Virus record (IMG/VR): IMGVR_UViG_3300042997_000757
Span: 1 to 64,000 of that record
Direction: 5' to 3' (one strand)
Length of the DNA stretch: 64,000 nt
From: a virus
Taxonomy: Duplodnaviria; Caudoviricetes
Shown: positions 36,751 through 47,306 of the stretch, one piece after another
Layout: the number at the start of each line of letters is the position of its first letter
Position numbering within the stretch: position 1 is the first letter of the stretch
The notes under the pieces: generated by a model
Database searches by the model: none
The model's input: the letters and a program-made list of their open reading frames with translations, nothing else
Told to the model about the DNA's origin: nothing
Translations under genes and position numbers: made by a program

Positions 36751-37513
36751 TCCAACACTCCGTTTTAAAGGGACATGCCTTGCATATCCGATGCTCTTGT
36801 GACAACCACACTGGGCGGTTGGGGGGGACTTGTTCTTCTAATGCCCTTACCACGCTGTGGCATGAAGCAAGTATAGAGTCGACAATATCAGGTTGAAACT
36901 TAACCACAAATTCTTTTACATCTTGTGTGGGTTTCCACTCATACAAAATCAATGCGTCTTCAATTTTTAGGCATGACATGTACAACTGCACTTGCCGAAC
37001 GTGTGAATCAAATGGAAACTTAACCCGATTCCATAGTTCATCAATTGTAATTTCTTTTTTAGCGTAGGGAGCAAAGAGTCCGTAATCTTCCATGCGGATA
37101 GTACCCACACCAACGCTCTTGATTTCTACTACTGCTTTGCCGTGCTTGTCTTCAATGATGGCATCTGCATGACCAATGATGCGGTGCATCTCATCTAGTA
37201 CAGGTACTTCATCTTGAACAAGAATTCCGGCGTCTTTAAACCACTTCTGCCATTTACGATGAATGGAGTGACCCTCTTCAAAAATGTTCATGCGCTGTAA
37301 TGACAGGCGCTCAGGTGGCGTTGGTAGCCCTGAGATTTTGTAATAAGACGAACGTGGGCACCAATCACGTTTACATATCTCAGATGGGTGCAGGTGTGCT
37401 TTATCTCGTTCTGCGTTTTTAGTTTGGTAGTCGCCTATCAAAAACTTTTCAACAGGGGCAAGCAGTCGAAATGGGCTGTTTAAAAGCCTCTTCATATCTT
37501 CAGAATTAATCAT
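36602..37513 (-). CDS. Cas4-like PD-(D/E)xK exonuclease
   Basis: HPSEIC..WCPR, GHADA, EIKS, QVQLYM, CKACPF...C. Confidence 0.8.
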   Translation of the reverse strand: MINSEDMKRLLNSPFRLLAPVEKFLIGDYQTKNAERDKAHLHPSEICKRDWCPRSSYYKISGLPTPPERLSLQRMNIFEEGHSIHRKWQKWFKDAGILVQDEVPVLDEMHRIIGHADAIIEDKHGKAVVEIKSVGVGTIRMEDYGLFAPYAKKEITIDELWNRVKFPFDSHVRQVQLYMSCLKIEDALILYEWKPTQDVKEFVVKFQPDIVDSILASCHSVVRALEEQVPPNRPVWLSQEHRICKACPFKTECWNESSTKSSDGSGDDKFQAEVRPTITTPDGDSNDPRPSRRIVRQQIDGAL

Positions 37514-37886
37514 CTAATGTCTTTTCGTATAAAGCCAGTGCTTCGTCCCATTGTTCATTTGTGGTATCAATATTAGTCATTGCTTCATAAAGAGTATGAG
37601 CAACTTTGAGCCATTTAGATTTTCTAATTTTGTCTTTACGTTCTGATGCTAAAAATTTAGACTTGTATTTAATATGGAAATACGGAAGGCACCCATCTTC
37701 TGCTCTAATCAACAAAGAAAAAACATCCCCACGTTCATGCAATTTAGATAAAGAACCACTAATAGTTCCATGATCTTTTTTTATACCTATAGTAAGTAAA
37801 TCTTCTTCTAGTTGTCTCCATGTGCGCCCTTTTTCTGCATCAATCAAAAAAGACTCTAAAATAATGTCTTCTAAACTATTCATCAT
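37506..37886 (-). CDS. wHTH-like hypothetical protein
   Basis: TW.QL..HGTISGSLSKLH. Confidence 0.55.
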   Translation of the reverse strand: MMNSLEDIILESFLIDAEKGRTWRQLEEDLLTIGIKKDHGTISGSLSKLHERGDVFSLLIRAEDGCLPYFHIKYKSKFLASERKDKIRKSKWLKVAHTLYEAMTNIDTTNEQWDEALALYEKTLDD

Positions 37887-38209
37887 TCACCAATAATTTC
37901 TAAAAAATCCGACTCAACAAGTACCACGTAATTACGACCAGCGAGGTCAAATTGCAACACAGGTATACGGTCTTCCAAGATTGCACGTTCTCTCAATTCC
38001 ACTAAATCTACATTCTTTAAAGTAATACTCTTTGTTGCGACCGTTAACTTGTTTTCAATAAGAAAAGTTTCTGACCGAACGTCGTTCTTGCGAAGCCACC
38101 CTGAACCTGAGCCAGCGTTACGGCTACCTCTGTAGGATTTTGCTGAACGCTTCTCTTGTTTAACAGATTTCTTTAATATGTCTCTGCGGTCGTCCGCACC
38201 AAACGTCAT
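37883..38209 (-). CDS. Small PD-(D/E)xK nuclease or resolvase
   Basis: QEKR.AK..GSGSG..KNDV...IENK. Confidence 0.7.
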   Translation of the reverse strand: MTFGADDRRDILKKSVKQEKRSAKSYRGSRNAGSGSGWLRKNDVRSETFLIENKLTVATKSITLKNVDLVELRERAILEDRIPVLQFDLAGRNYVVLVESDFLEIIGE

Positions 38210-39225
38210 GCTTCAATACCGTAACGCTCAAACACTGCGGTACGCATCTTGCTCTGAAGTTCTAGGTCTTCTCTAACAGCATCAAGCACCTTGTCCTTGC
38301 CCTGCCACTTTTGATCCCCGTAAGAATAGAAAGCGCCAGCACGAGTAACTAGGTCAGAGGCTATTGCAATGTTCACAATGTCTTTCACTGTGTCAAATGA
38401 GCCAAAACTAAAACCATGAGCATCAGTGAAGTAGAAGTCAACAACTGCTGTTTGTTGTGGTCGATGTGTTTTGTTCTTGATGGTGCGTCCCTTAATAGAC
38501 TGACCAACAGTTTCATCCTTCTCTTTGATCCACTCATCACGTTTTACTTCAACACGACAGAAGTAATGGAAGTTCTTTGCTTTACCGCCGGGAGTTGTGC
38601 GGTTGTCTCCCCACATCACACCAATCTTTTCACGCCACTGGTTAATGATAAGACCAGTACACCCACGGTCTTCGTCAATCAATGAACGTTTCTGTGACTT
38701 AGAAGACTTACGGAAAAACTTTCCAGTAAGACGAGCGCCAAGACCAACAGTGAACTCTTGCATCATCTTCTCTGCTTCGTCGTCGGGGACAAGAGCAGGC
38801 AATGAGTCAATGACAATCATGTCTACTGCACGGTTGTCTAGGGCACGGATAGCAAGGTCGTACACTTCTTCCATGATGTTGTTCTCAACAATCCAAAGAC
38901 GGTCAAGGTCAACACCAATGGCTTTTGCGTAGTCGGGAACAAAATCTTCAGCAGCAATCCATAGTGCGCAAAACTCAGGGTCAAGTGCTTGATTAGCCGC
39001 AATAGTTTTATATGCCATTGCAGTTTTTCCTGAAGACTCTTCACCAATGATCTCACTCCATTGGTTGACAGGCCACCCTCCACCAAGCATGAGGTCAAAA
39101 GCGAGAACACCTGTAGTGATGCGTGGCATCATCTCTTTAACATCAGAACCTTTTACAAGAGTTCCGTCACCGTGCTTTTTGTTGATAGATGAAATAATTG
39201 ATTGAAGTGATTCATAGTTGGACAT
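38206..39225 (-). CDS. recA: RecA recombinase
   Basis: GEESSGKT, VIDSLPAL, INQWREKIGVMWG..TTPGG. Confidence 0.92.
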   Translation of the reverse strand: MSNYESLQSIISSINKKHGDGTLVKGSDVKEMMPRITTGVLAFDLMLGGGWPVNQWSEIIGEESSGKTAMAYKTIAANQALDPEFCALWIAAEDFVPDYAKAIGVDLDRLWIVENNIMEEVYDLAIRALDNRAVDMIVIDSLPALVPDDEAEKMMQEFTVGLGARLTGKFFRKSSKSQKRSLIDEDRGCTGLIINQWREKIGVMWGDNRTTPGGKAKNFHYFCRVEVKRDEWIKEKDETVGQSIKGRTIKNKTHRPQQTAVVDFYFTDAHGFSFGSFDTVKDIVNIAIASDLVTRAGAFYSYGDQKWQGKDKVLDAVREDLELQSKMRTAVFERYGIEA

Positions 39226-39627
39226 TTAAACTCCCCAGTTGCCTTGTGATGCTTGATCGTACATACCATTCCAACCGCATTCATAGCAGCGTGGTGCAGG
39301 TGTTGCCCCGTTAATTGTTGTTCCTGCACCTCTACCAGTTCGGCTAAAGACATAGATACTTCCGCAGTCAGGGCAGGTCACGTTACCATCTTTACGGTGC
39401 GCTTCCCCCCCTTTCCACAAACGAAGTGCTTCTCCCATAGTTATTTGATCTGTGGGTGAACGGCTTGGGTCAAGTACATCTTGTTTCTGTTGTTGTTGCT
39501 GTTGTACAGGCGTTTGTGGTTGTTCTGTATAGGGAATGCGCATAGGAGGTGATGTAGGCGGAGTTTGATACGTCCGCTGTGGGGTGGGCTGTTGCCCTGT
39601 AAGTTTTTTTGACCACCAGTCACTCAT
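39226..39627 (-). CDS. Zn-ribbon hypothetical protein
   Basis: CPDCGS..RCYECGW. Confidence 0.7.
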   Translation of the reverse strand: MSDWWSKKLTGQQPTPQRTYQTPPTSPPMRIPYTEQPQTPVQQQQQQKQDVLDPSRSPTDQITMGEALRLWKGGEAHRKDGNVTCPDCGSIYVFSRTGRGAGTTINGATPAPRCYECGWNGMYDQASQGNWGV

Positions 39628-39964
39628 CTACAACCTCCGTCAACATGAGTAGCGCTACTTTGTCCGAATCTAAAAGTTTATTCATAAACGCTAAAGTATG
39701 CGCAATAAGTAAACGCTTAAAATTATCCTGCAAAGAATCGGGGATGTCAATGAATCCCTCAATTTCCATAAGCCAATCTGAAGTTTCTATGGCGTCTTCT
39801 AGTACCCCTGCGGTTGCCAAAAGAGACCATCTAGAAATAATGTCGTAAGTTTCTGCTTCTTGAACTTCTTCTGAAGGTTTAGAAAACCCAACGTTGTTTG
39901 CGAAGTCTTGTCCTTCAGAAGGGGAAAGCATTAGATAGTACATGCGCTTATCGACGGCACTCAT
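39620..39964 (-). CDS. Hypothetical protein
   Basis: ATGA overlap with polymerase gene. Confidence 0.6.
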   Translation of the reverse strand: MSAVDKRMYYLMLSPSEGQDFANNVGFSKPSEEVQEAETYDIISRWSLLATAGVLEDAIETSDWLMEIEGFIDIPDSLQDNFKRLLIAHTLAFMNKLLDSDKVALLMLTEVVDE

Positions 39965-42012
39965 CCTTTGGCTTCTGCCCAACTGTAGGCAGAGTCACAT
40001 GAAACCATTAAAGGTACCCCGTCAATGATGCGTCCGTGACCCATGGCTTCCATAAAGCGTGGAGTTATTTCTTCAATAAGGTCTTCGGGCACGGATACCA
40101 CCAATTCGTCATGTACTTGGACTAATAGACTAGCACCAGTACCTTTTAGCAGATCGTGGATGTCCAGCATGGCTTGCTTGCAGATATCAGCGGCTGATCC
40201 TTGTACGACGGCGTTTACAGCCTGCCGTTCGGCACGGGAGCGCTCCATGTCATCATTAGATTTGAGGTCAGGAAGACGACGTCTACGCCCTGCCATAGTC
40301 TCTACATAGCCCCGTATGCGTCCGTTTGCTACGACTTGGCGCTTCCACTCCGTAATGCCTGAAAACTGCCTGTAGTAGTTGTCAATAATCTCTCGGGCTT
40401 CATCAACAGAGATGCCAGTGGTGGTAGCCAACTTGCCAGCGCCACCACCGTAGGCAGTAAGGAAGTTAACCCCTTTTCCTACCTGCCGTTCATCACTGGT
40501 TACTTCTGCGATGGGCTTTTTAAAAATAAGAGCGGCTGCTCCGGCGTGAATGTCTTCTTCATTTCTGAAGATACGGCTCATCTGTTTGTCATGAGAGAAC
40601 ATCGCCATGACCCGCAACTCAATTTGGTCATAGTCAGCCACAAGCAATTTGTACCCCTCGGGGGCAACAAACAAACTTCTAATACTGGATGAGCGTGGAA
40701 TGTTCTGAAGGTTTGGGTTGCTAGAAGACAAACGCCCTGTGGCGGTGCGGTGAAGGTGAAAGGATGGATGCAGTCTGTGGTTATTCAACTTAGGGATAAG
40801 ACCCTCAACATACGTTGATTTAAGTTTCTGCATTTCCGAGTATTCCAACAACAAAGGAACAACGGGGTGTTCTCCCTTTAACTTCTGTAAGGATTCTTCA
40901 TCTACCGACGGAGCACCTTTAGCGGTTTTCTTTACTGGCTTAAGCGATAAGCCACCTTCACGCTTTTTGTTAAACAGGAGCGCTTGTTTGTGTGGGTTTG
41001 AATCAGGGTTGAAACCTACGAAGGCGTGTTCCGAGATGGCGAGAATAGTTTCCCTAATTTTTCCATCAAGTTCCCTGCCCAATACTTTGAGCGCACGACT
41101 ATCCACCAAAATGCCATTGTCTTCCATTTCCATTAGTACACGCAAAACTTTTGCGTCAAGGTTAAAACACTCAAGTAAGTCATCTTTGGCGCTGATCATC
41201 CGCCACATGCGAGTGTAAAGCATCCATGTCCACCGAGCATCTAAGTGCACATAGCGAACTGCTTTATCAAACGGCACGTTGTCAATAATCTTGCCTATCT
41301 TGCCTTCACGAGAGTAGGGATTGTAACCACCGTAGTTCTTCATAATAACTTGCTCAAGAGAGTAAGACATCAAGTTTTCATCAAGCACATGTTGCATCAA
41401 GATGGTGTCTGCGAATGGACCATGAGGCAATTCTCCGTAGTACTTGCCAATAGACCGAGCGTCAAACTTAACGTTGTGCCCGACCTTTACAAGGTCACTA
41501 AAGAACAGTGGGCGTAGTGCTTCTAAAACTTCAGAACGATTCAACTGCACCGGAACGGTGTCGTAAACAGCAGGAATGGTGTAACGGGCTTTTGCTAACG
41601 ACTCTTGCCCATTCTTTAACATCTTGCGATAACCCTCAGGTGGGACAGTAGAACCATCGCCATTCTCTTCAGGTGTCAAAATAATACCAAGTTTGTGACC
41701 CATAGGAATAGCCCATGAATGACCGTGTGTGGCTAAAGAAATCCAAAACACCTCGTTGCGCATTGGGTCTAAAGCAAGGTTTCCCCGATGTTTGTCTTCA
41801 ATGTTTTGACGTGCCTTTAAAGCAATGTCAGGTGAAGGGGACTTTAATTTCGTGAGGTGTTCTTTCCAGTCACGATCAACAAATCCTTGCACATCGGGGT
41901 GCCGTTCCAGCACGCCACGGGTTTCGACGTCAAAGACGAAAGCACCGTGACGCTGGATTTCGGCAACTGCTTCATGCACCTCAGCAATAGAGGAGATGAC
42001 GCTATAACCCAT
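39961..42012 (-). CDS. polA: Family A DNA polymerase (3'-5' exonuclease plus polymerase)
   Basis: FDVET, HNVKFD, TGRLSSSNPNLQNIP, DYDQIELR, K.VNF..YG, QVHDE. Confidence 0.95.
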   Translation of the reverse strand: MGYSVISSIAEVHEAVAEIQRHGAFVFDVETRGVLERHPDVQGFVDRDWKEHLTKLKSPSPDIALKARQNIEDKHRGNLALDPMRNEVFWISLATHGHSWAIPMGHKLGIILTPEENGDGSTVPPEGYRKMLKNGQESLAKARYTIPAVYDTVPVQLNRSEVLEALRPLFFSDLVKVGHNVKFDARSIGKYYGELPHGPFADTILMQHVLDENLMSYSLEQVIMKNYGGYNPYSREGKIGKIIDNVPFDKAVRYVHLDARWTWMLYTRMWRMISAKDDLLECFNLDAKVLRVLMEMEDNGILVDSRALKVLGRELDGKIRETILAISEHAFVGFNPDSNPHKQALLFNKKREGGLSLKPVKKTAKGAPSVDEESLQKLKGEHPVVPLLLEYSEMQKLKSTYVEGLIPKLNNHRLHPSFHLHRTATGRLSSSNPNLQNIPRSSSIRSLFVAPEGYKLLVADYDQIELRVMAMFSHDKQMSRIFRNEEDIHAGAAALIFKKPIAEVTSDERQVGKGVNFLTAYGGGAGKLATTTGISVDEAREIIDNYYRQFSGITEWKRQVVANGRIRGYVETMAGRRRRLPDLKSNDDMERSRAERQAVNAVVQGSAADICKQAMLDIHDLLKGTGASLLVQVHDELVVSVPEDLIEEITPRFMEAMGHGRIIDGVPLMVSCDSAYSWAEAKG

Positions 42013-42737
42013 CAGTCAGTTTGTAATTCAAGTGCTACCGCTGCAAGTGTTTTACGAGCAGGGGTGCGAATGATGTCATCGGTATAAGCAACACCTGAGA
42101 AGTAGTGAAGCGACTCAATGCTAAGAGCCTCTAGACCCCAATCAGAAAGGTCGTCTTTCTTGACCATCTGATGATTGGTTGCTGTAGTTGCGCCTTTACC
42201 GCTACGAGACACTGTCCAGTAATGCTTTGACAGTGGACCCATTGCAGGATGATCATTGAAGTTCTTCAACTGGTCAATAACTCGTGCGCCAACTTCATAT
42301 GAACGAAGAACTGGTTCTTCACCAACGGTGAGGAGAACTACGTTGAAGTTAAAGCGCCATGCGGCACGACTACCTGCTTCACAAAGTGGACATGATGTGC
42401 CCGACTCAATGTCAGCAATGCAAGTAAAGGACTTCTGTCCTGAGCGCTCTACCCAGTGTTGGCGGTAGCGAGCGTATGGTTGATCTTCAAGAAATTTGAT
42501 GATCTGTGTTTCTTCAGTGACCTTTAGACGCTTTGCAAAGTCGTCGCTTGATGTTGCTGTCGTGCGGTCGGGGCTACCCCAACCACTGCGAACAACACGT
42601 CCTACAACAGGCTTGTCGTCTTCATCGTCATCGGTAATAATTGGGCGTGCTTTACGAGTAAGCCCTTCTTTTGGTGATTGCGCTGGCTTGGCGAACTCTT
42701 GCTCGTCGTCCTCGAAATCTTCGTCCCATCGTCCCAT
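42012..42737 (-). CDS. Single-stranded DNA-binding protein (gp32-like)
   Basis: IKFL..YRQHW..C...CPLC; between Pol and helicases. Confidence 0.65.
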   Translation of the reverse strand: MGRWDEDFEDDEQEFAKPAQSPKEGLTRKARPIITDDDEDDKPVVGRVVRSGWGSPDRTTATSSDDFAKRLKVTEETQIIKFLEDQPYARYRQHWVERSGQKSFTCIADIESGTSCPLCEAGSRAAWRFNFNVVLLTVGEEPVLRSYEVGARVIDQLKNFNDHPAMGPLSKHYWTVSRSGKGATTATNHQMVKKDDLSDWGLEALSIESLHYFSGVAYTDDIIRTPARKTLAAVALELQTD

Positions 42738-42751
42738 GTGGTTGCTCCTTA

Positions 42752-43204
42752 TTATTTAGGCCAATTAGCCTTGATATATTGAATGAAATTAACCCAACTA
42801 TTAGCATCTTGCCAGTTGGGGGTTCTAGTCCCATCAAGGTTGAAGCGTACCAGTGCTTCCATCAGCACGTCAACCTGTTCACGGGAATAAAGACGATACC
42901 CCTTTTGTTTGGCATTTAACAACTCGGCACCACTAGGTTTTAAAGTTCTATATGTGGGGGCTGGAATCCAGCCTTTTCTTTCCCACTTACGAATAGTCTG
43001 CGCCTGCCTGTTTAAGATGCGAGCAACATTGCCAATTGTGTATAAATGCTTTTCTTCACCTTTAATAATTACTTTTTTAAAGGGAACTCCAGCAAAAGGG
43101 TTATCTACATTTTTAGCCCCCTTCTTCCCTGTCTCACGGTTTTTAGGCAAGCGTGAGCCGGGAAAATCAGGAAGGTCTCCAAAAACGTCAAGAATGTCTC
43201 TCAT
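42752..43204 (-). CDS. MerR-like HTH DNA-binding protein
   Basis: YTIGNVARIL..TIRKWERKG..RLYS. Confidence 0.8.
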   Translation of the reverse strand: MRDILDVFGDLPDFPGSRLPKNRETGKKGAKNVDNPFAGVPFKKVIIKGEEKHLYTIGNVARILNRQAQTIRKWERKGWIPAPTYRTLKPSGAELLNAKQKGYRLYSREQVDVLMEALVRFNLDGTRTPNWQDANSWVNFIQYIKANWPK

Positions 43205-43617
43205 GCTTTAAAAGCCCAAGATTCTTTCTCTATATAAAAAGTTTGAATTTGTTTGGCAATTTCTTCATCGTTCCATGCCAAACCAAGAAGTTTGTCTTCG
43301 CTAAGAACTTCCACAACTTCTTTGACGTCATCCCATTTGTTTGTTGCCTTCGCCCATGTTTCGGCAGATGCAGAGTCAAATGACTTCATAACACGACGCT
43401 CACGCTTAAGTTTGATATCCCCAACCTCAAGCCATAGGTGTCCGTTGTTATCTGCAACACCTGCATTGTCAACAATGTCAGACAGTTCTTTTTTTAAGTC
43501 GTTAGTGCGCTTCTCAATAGAGTTAAGCGCTTCTTTTGACTTCTTGTACTCTTCTGCAAGACGGGCAAGGTACGTAGGGTCAACACCATTGTTGCTATCT
43601 CTTTGAACTACTCTCAT
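43201..43617 (-). CDS. Hypothetical coiled-coil protein
   Basis: 138-aa ORF in replication operon. Confidence 0.6.
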   Translation of the reverse strand: MRVVQRDSNNGVDPTYLARLAEEYKKSKEALNSIEKRTNDLKKELSDIVDNAGVADNNGHLWLEVGDIKLKRERRVMKSFDSASAETWAKATNKWDDVKEVVEVLSEDKLLGLAWNDEEIAKQIQTFYIEKESWAFKA

Positions 43618-43619
43618 AT

Positions 43620-45164
43620 TTATACCTCTGTGTTTTTTAAGAAATCGGATAGGGTGCCCAAGGAAAGTTCAAACTTACCCTGCTGGTCATACCCTTTGTC
43701 AAGGAACGCTTCATTAATTCCTCGTTTTTGTTGAAGCATCTCGTATTGGCGTTCTTCAATGCTTCCTTTCATAACGAAGGCTGTAATCGTAACATGGGGG
43801 TGTACAGATGACAGTCTGATTATTCGGGCTTCTCGTTGGTCCAGTTTACCGGCAGACCATGGGAGGTCATAAGAAATGAGATAGTTGGCTTGGGGAAGGT
43901 CAACTCCATACCCTCCGGCGTCGGAAGATAAAAAGATACGACAATTGGGGTCTGTTTGAAACCGTTGTTTAGCAACGTCTCGTTCTTCTGATCCCATTCC
44001 TCCCATGAAGAGGACACTGTCCGCAATATTTGCAGTTGCGTCTTTGATAAGCCGTAGGTTCTTTTTAAAGAACGAAAATAAAACCACTTTGTTAGTCGGG
44101 TCTTCACTGAGAACATCTTCTATGTACTTGATAACTGCGTCTAGTTTGGGTGCCTTAGCGGTCGAGGAAATCCAGTTGGCTTTGACGATTGCTGAAGCAT
44201 ATGCACTACCTTCTGTACTTTGAGAGGGGTCGTCAAACGCTTGTGCCGAAGCCGTAACAAGTGCAGGGTTATCACAAAGCATACGTAGAACAGTAAGGCG
44301 AGCCATAATCTGCCCTTGCGCTTCATTGCCCGTACCATCGTGATAATGCGACCATAGGTCAAACCCTTTCCCATGCTGAGTTAACGCTTTTTGAATTTCG
44401 TTTAGCAAGTCTGCGGATATCTTCTCATAGGCAGATGCGCCTGCGTTATCAAATAATACAGGAATTACTTGAGTGATTACCTGAGGTAATTGGTCGGCAA
44501 TATCAGCACGGGTTTTACGCACCATAGATTCCGACATGGTGTCATTCAAAGATTTGAGGTTGCGGTATCTAGTAGCAGCACCAAAATGATTACGCACAAT
44601 AAAGGTGCGATCAAACACATCAAAGCGCCCCAACACCGCAGGGTCAACAAACTCCATAATAGAGAACAATTCTTCAGGGCGGTTCTCAATAGGTTGACCT
44701 GTAAGAGCAAAACGGTAATGAAATTTCTTACCCAGTTTTTTAAGCATCTTTGAGCGTTTTGCGCTAAACGATTTAATGATGGTTGCTTCATCTATAACAA
44801 TGCAGTTCATATTTAAAGAAGTTAAATATTTTTCATCATGGGAAAGTACTTCAGAGTTAACAATTACATAACGGCTATGTAGTGCAGAACGCCACAATAT
44901 TTCACGCTGTTTTGGTGTGCCATCAATAACTACCGCAGAAGAGTTTGTAAACTTTTTAATTTCTCTGAGCCACTGATATTTAAGACTGCTGGGAACTACT
45001 ACCAGCACACGGCTTATCTCGTCTTGGTCAAAGAGAGCCTCTACTGCTGAAATGGTTGTAGGAGTTTTACCAGCACCCATAACCATGGCAAGGAGCATCT
45101 GCCCACGATCAACCATGCGGTTTCTTGCTTCTTCTTGAAAAGGGTAAAGAGTACCTGTAAACAT
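43620..45164 (-). CDS. SNF2-family helicase
   Basis: MGAGKT, DEAT, LTGQP, QREARIIR. Confidence 0.9.
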   Translation of the reverse strand: MFTGTLYPFQEEARNRMVDRGQMLLAMVMGAGKTPTTISAVEALFDQDEISRVLVVVPSSLKYQWLREIKKFTNSSAVVIDGTPKQREILWRSALHSRYVIVNSEVLSHDEKYLTSLNMNCIVIDEATIIKSFSAKRSKMLKKLGKKFHYRFALTGQPIENRPEELFSIMEFVDPAVLGRFDVFDRTFIVRNHFGAATRYRNLKSLNDTMSESMVRKTRADIADQLPQVITQVIPVLFDNAGASAYEKISADLLNEIQKALTQHGKGFDLWSHYHDGTGNEAQGQIMARLTVLRMLCDNPALVTASAQAFDDPSQSTEGSAYASAIVKANWISSTAKAPKLDAVIKYIEDVLSEDPTNKVVLFSFFKKNLRLIKDATANIADSVLFMGGMGSEERDVAKQRFQTDPNCRIFLSSDAGGYGVDLPQANYLISYDLPWSAGKLDQREARIIRLSSVHPHVTITAFVMKGSIEERQYEMLQQKRGINEAFLDKGYDQQGKFELSLGTLSDFLKNTEV

Positions 45165-46069
45165 TAGAGCCACCACGGAATTACGGAAGCGCCAGTTACA
45201 GCCTCTTCAATCTCGTTGTCTGTCATTTCCCCAATATCCTTTGCCTTGGTGTGGGAATACTTTAACCAATATAACCCGTGCTTAACGAGAGGCATTGATT
45301 TAAAAATGTTCTTTGCGCTATTAATCCCTGCGTTGTCGTTATCCATAGCAATGATTACCTTTTCAGATACATCAAATAACATATGCAATTGTTCAGAAGT
45401 AATCGATGCCCCAAAAGAGGCAAGGCATTGAATACCCTCAAAAGAAGAAGCAAACCGAACTACGTCCAAAGGTGACTCAACCAATATTGACGTCTTAGAA
45501 GTAAAGTTCTCAATTCCAAATAACGTGTGGCGCATCTTGATTCCTGTTGGGTGGTTAACAACAAAGTTAGAACCTTTTTCTTGCCACCCAAGCAATACGC
45601 CGTCAGCAGATACCACTGGAATAATCCATGACTTCTTTTCAGCATTCCAACGAATACCGTACTGGCGAGCCGCTTCTACAGAAATGTTGCGACTGTTTAA
45701 ATACTTGAGTGGAACGTCGTCGTAGTACAGGTACATGTTGTTATCCACTGTAGGAATCTTTTCCCACTTAGGAGCAGACATTTGATTGACGTTGTGGTTC
45801 ATCAAAGTAAGCAATACCGCAGGGTCATCTGACTGTGCACCAGTGACCTCGTAAATCAAATGAGCCAATGTACCTTTAGCACCACATGACCAGCACAACC
45901 AAAGACCACTTTCGGCATTGATATAGAAGGAAGGGTTGGCGTCTTCTTTGCCTGTGCGCTTAACGTGTACTGGGCAACGACACTGGATTTCTTGTCCAGA
46001 CTTAATAACGTCTACGCCAATAGACAACAGGAAATCAGCGAGGTCAGTAGTCCCAGTCACTGTGCTCAC
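45164..46069 (-). CDS. DNA primase (CHC2 Zn finger plus TOPRIM)
   Basis: CPVH..CWSC; VESPLD; MDNDNAG. Confidence 0.9.
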   Translation of the reverse strand: MSTVTGTTDLADFLLSIGVDVIKSGQEIQCRCPVHVKRTGKEDANPSFYINAESGLWLCWSCGAKGTLAHLIYEVTGAQSDDPAVLLTLMNHNVNQMSAPKWEKIPTVDNNMYLYYDDVPLKYLNSRNISVEAARQYGIRWNAEKKSWIIPVVSADGVLLGWQEKGSNFVVNHPTGIKMRHTLFGIENFTSKTSILVESPLDVVRFASSFEGIQCLASFGASITSEQLHMLFDVSEKVIIAMDNDNAGINSAKNIFKSMPLVKHGLYWLKYSHTKAKDIGEMTDNEIEEAVTGASVIPWWL

Positions 46070-47306
46070 GTTCTTCTCCTACCTCTGTAAAGTCCATGTT
46101 CTCCCAGTCCCATTTAATCCGTACTTCACCTTTAGGAGCAGCACGAGCCAAGATAACTCGGATGATGGATTGATTGTCAATATCAGGGTCGGACTCAACA
46201 CCAAGTACTAAGTCTGAGTCTTGAACAAACGAAGAGGAGTAACCAATAGCGTCCGATGTGATTGCACGAGATTTCTTGTTACCGAGTTTCCATGCAAGTA
46301 CTTGGGTGGTGCCAATGATGGGCACATCAAAACGCTGTGCAAGGCGCTTCAATCCCCGTGTAATGCTCGTAAGTGCTTGTGGGCTACCTTTAGGTTCACC
46401 ATTCTCATCATCCATGAGATACACGCCGTCAACAATTACTAGACCCGGCCTGTACTGCTGGATCTTTCCAGCGATAGCGCTGATAGTTGTAAGCGATGAA
46501 GCGTCTTCAGTCATGATGAACTGTTGCATGTTCTTGCGAACTTTGATGGCATCTTCAATACGTTGCAACTCACTTAGGTTCAAGTCGCCACGCATAATCT
46601 TTGTGTGCGCTACACCTGCAATAAGAGAGTCGTAACGTGCTTCTTGTTCTTCAATACTCATTTCAAAAGAGATGTACAAAGGAACAATGCCGTGTGCGTG
46701 AGCGGCTTGAGCCATGATGAGAGTCATCAATGATTTACCTTTTTTGGCTTCACCTACAAACGTGATCAACTGTTGTGGTCTAAAGCCTGCGGTAATTCTG
46801 TCAAGACCATTGAAACCTGATGGGATACCACGAAGACCATTAGGTGTTTCTCGCATAACCTTGTAACGCTCAATGCGCTTTTCCCATGTGTCAATAAGGT
46901 TGACGTCACGAAGGTGCGCAACTTCAAGAGCCGCTTTCTGCAAACCCTCACTAAGTATCTGTATTGCCTCATCAGTTTTAAGATCGTTAAGAGCAGGTGT
47001 TGCGGCTGCGACCGAGATAACAAGGTGCTTGTGTTTGTATGCCGAGTACAACTCGTCAATGAGTCGTGGGAAGGGTTCTGCTTCTGCGTTGAGAAGTTGG
47101 ATATCACCAAACTGTTGCTTCAATACACGGGGTGTAGGTACTGCGCTGTAGTCACGCCAGTAACCAAGAATCCAAATAAGCATTTCTGCCCAGTCTTTAG
47201 AAAGATGGTCAGGGCGTACACCTGCTTCAATGATCTCGGTAACGGATGCCGTCTGAATAATTTTGCTTATTAAAAGATGCTCACTACTTGCCACTACGGT
47301 GCCCAC
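46044..47306 (-). CDS. dnaB: DnaB-like replicative helicase
   Basis: GEAKKGKS, SFEMS, IVDGVYL, QDSD. Confidence 0.9.
   Translation of the reverse strand: MGTVVASSEHLLISKIIQTASVTEIIEAGVRPDHLSKDWAEMLIWILGYWRDYSAVPTPRVLKQQFGDIQLLNAEAEPFPRLIDELYSAYKHKHLVISVAAATPALNDLKTDEAIQILSEGLQKAALEVAHLRDVNLIDTWEKRIERYKVMRETPNGLRGIPSGFNGLDRITAGFRPQQLITFVGEAKKGKSLMTLIMAQAAHAHGIVPLYISFEMSIEEQEARYDSLIAGVAHTKIMRGDLNLSELQRIEDAIKVRKNMQQFIMTEDASSLTTISAIAGKIQQYRPGLVIVDGVYLMDDENGEPKGSPQALTSITRGLKRLAQRFDVPIIGTTQVLAWKLGNKKSRAITSDAIGYSSSFVQDSDLVLGVESDPDIDNQSIIRVILARAAPKGEVRIKWDWENMDFTEVGEEREHSDWDY

Noticed and set aside
36602-37513. CRISPR-Cas locus
   Set aside because: Solo Cas4-like nuclease in a recombination operon; no other cas genes and no repeat-spacer array seen.
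38206-47306. Inteins or introns in RecA, PolA and DnaB
   Set aside because: Lengths are normal, with no C/S...HN splice motifs or frame interruptions.
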